Positions 11,284 to 19,858 of a stretch of 64,000 nt of DNA are shown piece by piece. The notes below the pieces were generated by a model. It saw only the letters and a list, made by a program, of their open reading frames with translations, did not search any database and was not told the origin of the DNA. Location of the stretch: assembly GCA_040081625.1 (NCBI GenBank), contig JBEBGD010000003.1, positions 32,001 to 96,000 on the forward strand. Direction: 5' to 3'. Each line of letters starts with the position of its first letter. The stretch's first letter is position 1. This stretch comes from Chthoniobacteraceae bacterium (lineage in GTDB: Bacteria; Verrucomicrobiota; Verrucomicrobiia; Chthoniobacterales; Chthoniobacteraceae). A program made the translations under genes and the position numbers.

Positions 11284-12201
11284 ATGACCAAGACCAACAT
11301 TGCCAAGTTCTGCGCGCTGACCGCCGGGATTCTCTCACTTCCCGTCGCCAGCTACGCAGGCAAAGACATGAAAGCGCCGAAGGAAATCATCGAGAAATGC
11401 AAGGAAAGCTGCATCACCGGTGACCTCGGCGTGAACATCGTGAGCCAATACTTCAGCCGCGGCGTCCTCTACGAGAACCAGGGCTCGATCCTGCAGCCCT
11501 ACGCGGACCTCTACTTCAAGCTCTACGAGGGCGAAGGCTTCCTGAACAAGGTCAGCCTGAATCTCGGCTGGTGGAGCAGCTTCCACAGCAATCACGACAC
11601 CGGCTTCGGCAAGAGCACCGGCACGACCCGCTCGTGGTATGAGACCGACTACACGTTCGGCCTCACCTTCACGATGGCGAAGAACTGGAACGTCACTCCG
11701 AGCTACATCATTTTCGCCAGCCCGAACGACGCGTTCGCGACGGCCCAGGCGATCAATGTGAAGGTCGCCTACGACGACACCGATCTGCTCGGCGCCTTTG
11801 CGCTGCACCCCTACGTGCAGGCGCTTGCGGAGCTCGAGAACAAGGTCGGCACCGGCCCGGATGAAGGTTTCTACTTCGAGTTCGGCGTCGCTCCGAGCGT
11901 GCCGCTCGGCCCGGTCACGCTGACGTTCCCGCTTACCCTCGGGATCGGCACGAGTGATTTCTACGTCAACGAGAAGGGTGGCAACGAGTCCTACGGCTTC
12001 TTCTCCGCTGGTGCGATCGCGACCTATCCGCTGGCATTCGTCCCCGAATGCTACGGTTCGTGGTCCCTCAACGCCGGCTATACGTGGCTCACCCTCGGAC
12101 AGGGCAGCGACTACATCTACAGCAAGACGCAGGGTGGCACGATTCGCAGCAACAGCGATAACGAGCACATCTTCCAAGGCGGCATCATCGTCGCGTTCTA
12201 A
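11284..12201 (+). CDS. Putative outer-membrane beta-barrel protein (TorF-like porin candidate)
   Basis: Signal peptide, SQYFSRG..Q motif, alternating aromatic beta-strands and C-terminal Phe (GGIIVAF). Confidence 0.7.
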   Translation: MTKTNIAKFCALTAGILSLPVASYAGKDMKAPKEIIEKCKESCITGDLGVNIVSQYFSRGVLYENQGSILQPYADLYFKLYEGEGFLNKVSLNLGWWSSFHSNHDTGFGKSTGTTRSWYETDYTFGLTFTMAKNWNVTPSYIIFASPNDAFATAQAINVKVAYDDTDLLGAFALHPYVQALAELENKVGTGPDEGFYFEFGVAPSVPLGPVTLTFPLTLGIGTSDFYVNEKGGNESYGFFSAGAIATYPLAFVPECYGSWSLNAGYTWLTLGQGSDYIYSKTQGGTIRSNSDNEHIFQGGIIVAF

Positions 12202-12233
12202 GGAACCCCTCGCAGTCTCGTCTGCATCTATCG

Positions 12234-12271
12234 AAAGCGCGGGTCGGTTCGCCGGCCCGCGCTTTTCGTTT
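12234..12271 (+). terminator. Intrinsic terminator
   Basis: AAAGCGCGGGTCGG-TTCG-CCGGCCCGCGCTTT followed by TCGTTT. Confidence 0.8.
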
Positions 12272-12356
12272 CCCGGCGTGCGGTCTTCATGCGCGGTCCC
12301 GCAGAAAAGCGTTCGCCATTCGCGCCCGCCGCGATAAATCGTCCGCACCATCCAAC

Positions 12357-12545
12357 ATGAAACGATTCGTCCTCGCACTGCTCGCAGCGCCCACGCTTCT
12401 TCTCGCCCACCCCGGTCACTCGACCTTCGACCCGACGGCAGGACTGCCGCACGCCGGCCACGAGGCGGAAACCTTCGTCGTCGTGGGGCTGATCGCGACG
12501 GGACTGCTGCTCTCGCTGCGCGCGGTCCTCAGGCGCCGGCGCTAG
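12357..12545 (+). CDS. Small His-rich exported/membrane protein (62 aa)
   Basis: Signal-like N-terminus ending A-HPGH, a second HAGH, a C-terminal TM and RRRR. Confidence 0.65.
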   Translation: MKRFVLALLAAPTLLLAHPGHSTFDPTAGLPHAGHEAETFVVVGLIATGLLLSLRAVLRRRR

Positions 12546-12978
12546 TCCTCAGCGCGTCGAGCCGCCCCGCGGCATAGGCCTCGAACACGCGCCGGATTTC
12601 GTCGCGCGTCTTGCGGAAGGCGGCGAGTTGGTGCGCGGTCGATCCTTTCGTGAAGGATGGATCGTCGAACGGGAAATGGTGGCGGTTCACCTGGCCGGGA
12701 AAGATCGGGCAGACCTGGTCGGCGTTGCCGCAAACGGTGATCGCAGTCTCGACCGGCAGGCTCATGAATTCGCCGAGGTGCTTGGAGGTGTGCCGGCTGA
12801 TGTCGATGTCGAGTTCGCGCATGACCTCAATCGCCAGCGGATGCACGTAGCCCGCGGGCTTCGAGCCGGCGCTGGCGATTCGGAAGTGCGCGCCGAGCAA
12901 ATCGCGCAGAAAGCCTTCGCCGATATGGCTGCGGCAGGAGTTGCCCGTGCAGAGGATGAGGATGAGCGGCTTTTCCAT
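12529..12978 (-). CDS. arsC: Thioredoxin-type arsenate reductase (LMWP family)
   Basis: CTGNSCRS P-loop, resolving cysteines in TVCGNADQVCP, and FDDP. Confidence 0.85.
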   Translation of the reverse strand: MEKPLILILCTGNSCRSHIGEGFLRDLLGAHFRIASAGSKPAGYVHPLAIEVMRELDIDISRHTSKHLGEFMSLPVETAITVCGNADQVCPIFPGQVNRHHFPFDDPSFTKGSTAHQLAAFRKTRDEIRRVFEAYAAGRLDALRTSAGA

Positions 12979-13029
12979 CGTGAGTCGCGCACGTTGTCCA
13001 CGGTCGCACGCTCCGCAACTGCGATCGTT

Positions 13030-16000
13030 CTATTGGCTCACCTTCGCGCGCATGAACCGCGGTGTGCCGCCGCTGGCCGGGACCGAGTCGCGCACGCGGA
13101 GCGTGGTGGGCGAGTTTTCCTCGATGATGAGGCCGCCGCTGCTCCAACTCGCGGGCGCTGAAAGATCGCTCGTCGCCAGCACCTCGTAGGTGATGTCGGT
13201 GGCGGCGGGATTCTTCGCGACGGAGAGGCGCAGGAAAATGTCGGGGCCGACGGCGGCAAGGTCGGTCACGACCGGGTTGGTGTTGGCGCTGCCCGGGTCG
13301 GTGCCGAATGCATATTCGGCCAGCGTGCAGAACCCGTCGCCATCGATGTCCGCGAGCGGCCCGGCGACCGCGGGGTTGTTCGCCTCCGCTCCGAATTGAG
13401 CAAAACGCCACGCGTCGATCGGCAGGTCTTGCAGCGTCAGCGCGACGGTCGGCGGCGCGGGAAGGTGATAGCCCGGATTCGCGGAGAGTGTGACGGAGAC
13501 TGTCTCATCGCCCTCGGCGATGGTGTCCGCTTGCGGAGTGACGAAGATCTCCGCGGACGATGCACCCGCAGGGATGACGAGGGAGCCGGGGAGGGCGACG
13601 AAGTCGGCGGAGTTCGCCGTGCCGCTGCTGGTGTAATAGACGGTGAGCGGCCCATCGAGCGCGCTGTCGCGGGAGACGATGATCTGCCCTGCCTGCACGC
13701 CGGCCTCGCTGGCGGGCACGCCTGCGACCGGTGCGAGCGTGGCGAACTGCACCTGAACCTGCACCTCGTCGAAGCTGACGACCTCGCCGTCGTCGGCGGT
13801 GAGGCGCAGCGTGTAGTCGCCCTCGGCGGGGAAGCTCGCGGTGGTGGCCCGTGCGGCGGGATCCAGGAACGCGGCCGCCGCGGGGCCGCTGACTTGCGAC
13901 CACTGCGTGCTGAGTTCGCCAGCGCCCGCATCAAATGCGGTGCCGGCGAGCGCCTTGAACGCCGCGCCCGGCACGGTCGATGTCGGCGCGGCATCGACGA
14001 GCGGCCCGGTGTTCTCCGGCGCACCGGTGACGCGCACGTCGGTGAACAAACCGCGCGCAGGCCGGGTGGTGTTGCCGCTGGTGACGGCGATGCCGGCGCG
14101 CAAAGTCGAGGCGAGCGCAATCGTCTGCGACGTGCCGACCTGCGTCCACGTGACCTTGTCCACTGAGTGCTCGGCGGTGAAAAGATCTCCGACGCGCCGC
14201 ACGCGCAGCCAGCGCGGGCCAGGCGGCAGGCTGCTCGACGCCGTCGTCGCCATGCCGCCGACCGTGGCCCGGTAGATCCACGCGACGCTGCTCGTGGACA
14301 CAAAAGTGAAAGCGACGAAACGCGAATTCGCGGCGGTGCTTTCGCGCAGCATCACTCCGAGCCGCGAACTGCCGAACGCACCGTCCACGCCCTCGAATCG
14401 CGCCACGATTTCGCCGTCGCCTTCCATCTCCGTGTGGGCGAAGTGGAATGAATCGCTGGTGCTCGTAATGCTCGAACCGCTGCCCTGGTTTTGCACGAAG
14501 CCTTCGCGCACGTCGTCGGCGCCGGTGGCGTTCGTGCCGGTGATGCCGATGTCGCCGCTGGTCCACGGACTCGTGCCGGGCGCGACGACGACCGCGACTT
14601 CCGCGGAGCCTGATTGCAGCGCCACATCGGTCGCCGTGCATCGCAGCACGTAGCGGCCTCCGGCGGAAAACTTCGCCGTCGTCCCGGGCGCTCCGTTGTC
14701 TCCGAAAGTCGCGACGCCCGGTCCGCTCGCCATCGACCAGACGCTCGTGACCGAGCCCGGCGCGCCGTCATCGCTGACGAGTGCGTTGAGCATCAGCCCG
14801 ATGCCCGCGGGCAGTGCGATTTCCGATTTCGCCGGGCTGGCGATGCGCACGGTGGGCGGATGATCGGTGCCCGAGTCGAGGATGCTCAGCGCCGCATTCC
14901 CGGTGCCGGCGATGGAAAACTTCGTCGAGGGCAGCACGGTGATGATCGCGGTCTCGGTGCCTTCCACCGCGGCGTCGGTCAGCGGCGTGAGCGTGCGTGT
15001 GATCGAGCGCTGGCCGGCGCTGAGCGTCGCGGCGGTCGAGATTGCGTTGAAGTCGGCGCCCGAAGTCGCGGTTCCTGCGATGGCGAGATTGACCGTGAGC
15101 GCTGCGGTGAGCGGGCCGGTGCGCGAGATCGTGACGAATGCCGGCTCGCCGCCTTGCTCGTGAGCGACGGGATCGGTCGCGGCGATGCTGACGCGCGGTT
15201 CATTGTCGCGGATGAAGAGCGTGTGGTAGCTGCCGCTGCTGGTCAGGCCGGCGTTGGAGGCGTAGGCGATCTTGAGAGTGAGGTGTTCCTCCATTTCGGG
15301 CAGCAAGTCGTCCACGACCGTGGTGGAGATGTTCTTCTGCGTCTCGCCAGGCGCGAAGGTGAGCGTGCCGCCGACGAGGTTCGTATCGACGCCGCTGCCC
15401 GTCGCGCTGTTCGTGTCGATGATGTAATCGACGACGACGGGATTGACCGGGTCTGCGGCGGAGAGGACGACGGGGATCGCGAACGGCGCATCGCCCTCCG
15501 TTTTCACCGTGCTCCGCGAGGCGAAGGACGCGGTGCGCGCGAAGCCGGTCGTTTCATTGTCGGTGACGATCAACGAAGCGCTGCCGCTTTCGATGCTGTA
15601 ACTGCCGGGCAGGATCGTCACGACGATCGTCTCCGCGCCTTCGGCGAGCGAGTCGTCGATGCCTGCGAGGTCCACGCTTACGCTTGATGCGAGGTCGGGG
15701 ATCGTCGCGGTGCCCGGGAGCGCGGTGTAGTCCGCACCGGCGGTGGCTGTGCCGCTCAACTGATAGGAAATATTCAGCGCGCCGGCGGTCGTCGCGGAGC
15801 CGGTGCTGCCGGTGCGGGATAAGAAAATCTTCGAGGCGCCGCCGTTCTCCGCCATCGTCACCGTGGTAAAGGAAACGTTGACCGTGTTGGCCTGGTCATC
15901 GTCGCGGATGACGAGGGTCGAAGCCGGCTGGAGCACGTCCACCTGGTAGGCTGGGTCTGGCGTGAGCGTCAGCGTCACCGTCTCGGCGTCCTCGATCAGC

Positions 16001-19000
16001 GCGTCGTTGATCGGCACCACCGTGATGGTGGACGAGGTGTTTCTCGCGATGCTGAGCGTGCCGGTGAGCGTGGCGAAATCGACGCCGGAGGTGGCGGTGC
16101 CGCTGATGATGTAGCGCACGATGATGTTGCCCGCGCCCGTGCCGGTGGTGGTGATGCGGAAGGCGCCGCTGGCGGTCGGTTCGTTGCAGATGCTGTCCGA
16201 GACGCCGACCGCGACGACGGTCAGGTCGTTGTCGTTGATGGTGACGGTCGCGAGGTTCGCCGCGTCGAGAAGCAGGCGCGGATCGTTGCGGAGCTGGAGG
16301 ATGACCGTCTGCGCGGGTTCGCCGTGCGCGTCGTCCACCGGCACGATGAGGACCGGCGCGCTCGCCGCGCCGGCGGGGATCGTGATCGTGCCGGGCAGCG
16401 GGAGGTAGTCCACGCCGTGCAAGGCGGCGCCGCCGATCGTGTATTCCACGACGAGCGGATTTGTCGTGTCGCCGGTGCGCGAGATCGAGAAGAGCCCGGT
16501 GTCGGCGCCGCCTTCGGTTGCCGTCGCATCCGTGGCTGCGATCGAGACGGTCGGGATGTCGTCGTCGGCGATTCGGACGATGGCGGAGGAAGGCACGCCG
16601 ACGCCGTAGAGCGTGCTGGTGCTCACGGTGAGCTGCACGGTCTCCTGGCCTTCGACGAGTGCGTCGTTCGTGGGATCGATCGTGACGGTGACCGACGCCT
16701 CGCCCGCGGGGATCGTCACCGGCGAGGCGATGCTTGCGTAGTCGGTTCCATTCGTCGCCGCGGCGGTGTTGCTGGTTCCGGCGAGCGCGATGGTGACGTT
16801 GAGGGCGCTGTCCACCGGGCCTGTGCGCCGGATTTCAAAGGTGCCCGGATCGCCCGCCTCATCCGCGTCGCCGTCGAGCGCGACGACCGAGACGCGGCTT
16901 GCCGAGCCGTTGGTGCCGGTGTCGTCGATCACCACGTCGGCGCCTGCCTTTCCGGTGATGGTGTAAGTCGTCCGCGGGATCAGCACCATGCGCAGCACCT
17001 CCGGGCCTTCGCGTGTCGTGTCGCTCACGGGAGTAACGGTGATTTCCAGCGTGTCCGAGCCGGCGGGGATCGTGAACAGTTCGAGCGGCGAGATCGTCGT
17101 CGTGTCCGCGGTCGGGCTGAGCGTGTAGTCGCCAGTCGATGCGTCGCCCTGCAGGTCGGTGTAAACGACGAGCGCCGCGGTCGTGCTGCCGGTGCGCGTG
17201 AGGCGGAAGGTGCCCGGGTTTCCTCCGGTTTCGGCTGCGTCGGCGTCGGTCGCCTCCACCGTCACGCGCACCGGCTCGATCGCGGTAAAGTCGCGCCCCG
17301 TGGGGCTGGTGCTGCCGGTGACCGCGTAGCTCGCGGGCGTGAACGTGTAGGCGCCGAGCACCGGCGTGAGCGTGACCGCGCCGGCGGCGAGATTGGTCAC
17401 GACGTAGTCGCCGTTCGAGTCCGTCCACGCGCCGCGAAAGCTCGTGCCGCTCGATCCGTTCTGGATGCGCACCTCGGGCATCGGGTTGCCGATTCCATCG
17501 AGCACGCGCCCGCTGGCGGTGAAGGTGGCCGGCGTGCCGACCGTGACGAGCAGCAGCCTGCTCGTCTCGCCGCCCTTCCGGTCGCTCACGATGCAGCGCA
17601 CGGCATGGTGGCGCGCGGTGGTGAATTGCTTGCTCGTGTTCGCCGCGTTCGTCCCATACGTCGCGTCGCCGAAGTCCCAGAAATACGCGAGCGTGTCGCT
17701 GTCAGCATCGGTCGCATCGACGGTGAAGCTGACGGTGCCATTGACCGCCGGCGTCGTCGTGTCGGCCATGAGCGAGTTGATGACGGGCGCGTTGTTGCCG
17801 GGAAAATCGCCGGTGTTCACGACCACGTCGATGCTCTCCGGCGTCGTGCCGCCCTTCGCGATGGGCGTGATGTGAACGCCGCTCTCGCGATCCGAGAAAG
17901 TGCGGCCGATGACCACGGGGCCGTCGTTCTTTCCATCGGCGGAGCCGGGCGTCGTGTCGAGGAACTGGCCGCCGCGATTGCTGCCCGCCGTGGTTGTGTC
18001 GAGATTCTGCCCCCACGCGCTCCAGCCGAGCGCGACGCCGTCTTTGAACCAGCGGTGATCGGCGTTGTATTTCTGCCGGAACTCGACCCAGTAATCACGA
18101 TCCGCGTCCTTCGCGATCTTCAGCGCGTAGCGCCGCGCGGGATCGAGCACCGTCTGGTCCATCGGGAAGATGCGATAGGTGCCGTTGGCGGAGACGGTGG
18201 TGACGACTTCGTTCGGGAGCCAGCCGAGCAGGTTTTTGTGGGGCGTCATGAAGTGGCCCTTGTTGCCGCTTACCGCGCCGCTGCTGCCCATCACGTCGTA
18301 GCTGTTGCCGTATTCGCCGTTCGCGCCGCCGCCGATCACGTCCCTGGCCATGCTAGCGTTCCAGGCAACCCCTGAGGCCTTTCCCGAATCCCACGAGTTG
18401 CCATGCCAGACGCCGACGTTGTGGCCGATCTCGTGGGCGAAGACACCGAGGCTCGTGCTCTTGAGCCACACATTCGATCCGCCCACGCTGCCCAGCCCGC
18501 CGAAGCTGCCCGGACCGCCGGTGTAGATGACCGTGTAGTGCGAGAAGTTGTCCGGGTTGTAGCCCATGCGCCGCGCGGCGTCCTTCGCATCGGTCATGAT
18601 CGGAGTATTGCTGCCGTTCGCCGTGTAATCCGCGGCATACCACGCCTCCGAGCGCGGCAGGATGATGAGCGGCGGCACCGAAGCGAGGTAATAGATCTTC
18701 CCGAAACTGATCTCCTGGAAGTAGCTGTTGAGCTGCGAGATCGCAGTCCACGCCGCGGCTTCCGTCTGCGGCTCCTGCTGGTCGTCGGGAAATGCGAGCC
18801 GCATGTAAAGCAGCGTGCGCGGTCCGTTCGCGAAGGAACTTGCCGCCGGCGCCGTGATGCCCGCCGCTCCGCCCGTGCCGCCTTCGGCCGCGACCATCTC
18901 TTCCTCGAAGACGCGGATGTGTCCACCTTCGCACATATAGATCACGCGCTCGCCGACCTGCACGACGTCAGCTTCCGCGCTGACCGGCTCCGCCGGCTCG

Positions 19001-19710
19001 CTCACCGCCGTCGTCAGCCCGGACACCGGGCACTGCGTCACGCGCTCTGCGTCCGCGGGCGGGAGCTCGCCCACTTCCAGCACGCGCACCGGGCTCTCCG
19101 CGAGCGCCATCACGCGATCGATCGCAACGCCATGCACGGGCACTTGCGAGAGCGAGTTCTGCCCGGTCCGCCGGCCATAGACAAACGTGCGCCACTCCTC
19201 GTCTCCCACTCGCGTGAAGCGCCGCACCACCGGCTCCGCGGGATCGCTGCCGGGCGACACCGCCTGCACCTCGACATCCGCCGTCGCCTGCACGCGCTTC
19301 TCGAGTTGGGCGACGACTTCGGGCGGAAGCTGCCGCCGCACGACCATCGGCACCGCCGTCTCGATCGCGCGGCGCGGATCGTCCTGGATGAGTTGCTTGA
19401 AAACTGGCCGTCGCGCCTGCGCCTGCCGCACGCCTTCCGCGACCAGCGAGGCTCGCTCAGCGGGTGCGGCTGCGAGGAAGCGCTGCGTCCACGCGGAGAA
19501 GCCGGGCAGAACATCCGCGGTCGGCGCTGGATTCGCGACAACTGCCGATGGAGCACGCGCGATCACGCCGGGCCGCGTCTCCGCAGCGGCACTCGCGGCA
19601 CCTTGCGCAGGCGCCGGTATCTGCGACGCGCGGCGGGCAGTGCGCAGCGCCAGCACGACGCCAGCGACGAGGGCAACGGAAAGGACGGCGATCAGGATGC
19701 GAGAACGCAT
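13030..19710 (-). CDS. Giant surface metzincin (M11/M6-like) with PKD, Calx-beta repeats and a ConA-like domain, 2226 aa
   Basis: N-terminal hydrophobic anchor; HEIGHNVGVWH with EYGNSYDVMG Met-turn; WDFGD PKD; multiple GTA..G.DY...IPAG...D...EG.ET Calx-beta repeats. Confidence 0.88.
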   Translation of the reverse strand: MRSRILIAVLSVALVAGVVLALRTARRASQIPAPAQGAASAAAETRPGVIARAPSAVVANPAPTADVLPGFSAWTQRFLAAAPAERASLVAEGVRQAQARRPVFKQLIQDDPRRAIETAVPMVVRRQLPPEVVAQLEKRVQATADVEVQAVSPGSDPAEPVVRRFTRVGDEEWRTFVYGRRTGQNSLSQVPVHGVAIDRVMALAESPVRVLEVGELPPADAERVTQCPVSGLTTAVSEPAEPVSAEADVVQVGERVIYMCEGGHIRVFEEEMVAAEGGTGGAAGITAPAASSFANGPRTLLYMRLAFPDDQQEPQTEAAAWTAISQLNSYFQEISFGKIYYLASVPPLIILPRSEAWYAADYTANGSNTPIMTDAKDAARRMGYNPDNFSHYTVIYTGGPGSFGGLGSVGGSNVWLKSTSLGVFAHEIGHNVGVWHGNSWDSGKASGVAWNASMARDVIGGGANGEYGNSYDVMGSSGAVSGNKGHFMTPHKNLLGWLPNEVVTTVSANGTYRIFPMDQTVLDPARRYALKIAKDADRDYWVEFRQKYNADHRWFKDGVALGWSAWGQNLDTTTAGSNRGGQFLDTTPGSADGKNDGPVVIGRTFSDRESGVHITPIAKGGTTPESIDVVVNTGDFPGNNAPVINSLMADTTTPAVNGTVSFTVDATDADSDTLAYFWDFGDATYGTNAANTSKQFTTARHHAVRCIVSDRKGGETSRLLLVTVGTPATFTASGRVLDGIGNPMPEVRIQNGSSGTSFRGAWTDSNGDYVVTNLAAGAVTLTPVLGAYTFTPASYAVTGSTSPTGRDFTAIEPVRVTVEATDADAAETGGNPGTFRLTRTGSTTAALVVYTDLQGDASTGDYTLSPTADTTTISPLELFTIPAGSDTLEITVTPVSDTTREGPEVLRMVLIPRTTYTITGKAGADVVIDDTGTNGSASRVSVVALDGDADEAGDPGTFEIRRTGPVDSALNVTIALAGTSNTAAATNGTDYASIASPVTIPAGEASVTVTIDPTNDALVEGQETVQLTVSTSTLYGVGVPSSAIVRIADDDIPTVSIAATDATATEGGADTGLFSISRTGDTTNPLVVEYTIGGAALHGVDYLPLPGTITIPAGAASAPVLIVPVDDAHGEPAQTVILQLRNDPRLLLDAANLATVTINDNDLTVVAVGVSDSICNEPTASGAFRITTTGTGAGNIIVRYIISGTATSGVDFATLTGTLSIARNTSSTITVVPINDALIEDAETVTLTLTPDPAYQVDVLQPASTLVIRDDDQANTVNVSFTTVTMAENGGASKIFLSRTGSTGSATTAGALNISYQLSGTATAGADYTALPGTATIPDLASSVSVDLAGIDDSLAEGAETIVVTILPGSYSIESGSASLIVTDNETTGFARTASFASRSTVKTEGDAPFAIPVVLSAADPVNPVVVDYIIDTNSATGSGVDTNLVGGTLTFAPGETQKNISTTVVDDLLPEMEEHLTLKIAYASNAGLTSSGSYHTLFIRDNEPRVSIAATDPVAHEQGGEPAFVTISRTGPLTAALTVNLAIAGTATSGADFNAISTAATLSAGQRSITRTLTPLTDAAVEGTETAIITVLPSTKFSIAGTGNAALSILDSGTDHPPTVRIASPAKSEIALPAGIGLMLNALVSDDGAPGSVTSVWSMASGPGVATFGDNGAPGTTAKFSAGGRYVLRCTATDVALQSGSAEVAVVVAPGTSPWTSGDIGITGTNATGADDVREGFVQNQGSGSSITSTSDSFHFAHTEMEGDGEIVARFEGVDGAFGSSRLGVMLRESTAANSRFVAFTFVSTSSVAWIYRATVGGMATTASSSLPPGPRWLRVRRVGDLFTAEHSVDKVTWTQVGTSQTIALASTLRAGIAVTSGNTTRPARGLFTDVRVTGAPENTGPLVDAAPTSTVPGAAFKALAGTAFDAGAGELSTQWSQVSGPAAAAFLDPAARATTASFPAEGDYTLRLTADDGEVVSFDEVQVQVQFATLAPVAGVPASEAGVQAGQIIVSRDSALDGPLTVYYTSSGTANSADFVALPGSLVIPAGASSAEIFVTPQADTIAEGDETVSVTLSANPGYHLPAPPTVALTLQDLPIDAWRFAQFGAEANNPAVAGPLADIDGDGFCTLAEYAFGTDPGSANTNPVVTDLAAVGPDIFLRLSVAKNPAATDITYEVLATSDLSAPASWSSGGLIIEENSPTTLRVRDSVPASGGTPRFMRAKVSQ

Positions 19711-19858
19711 GTTCGGGAAGCGGAAGTCAGAAGGGAGAGGGAACCGGAGGTGAAGCCGGCGCTTCGTCTATAATTGCCATAATTCAACCGACATTCCTTG
19801 TTCCGCCCCACGTTGCTCCGGCCCGGAAGTTGACGCTTCGTCCGCCGTTTCGCGATGC

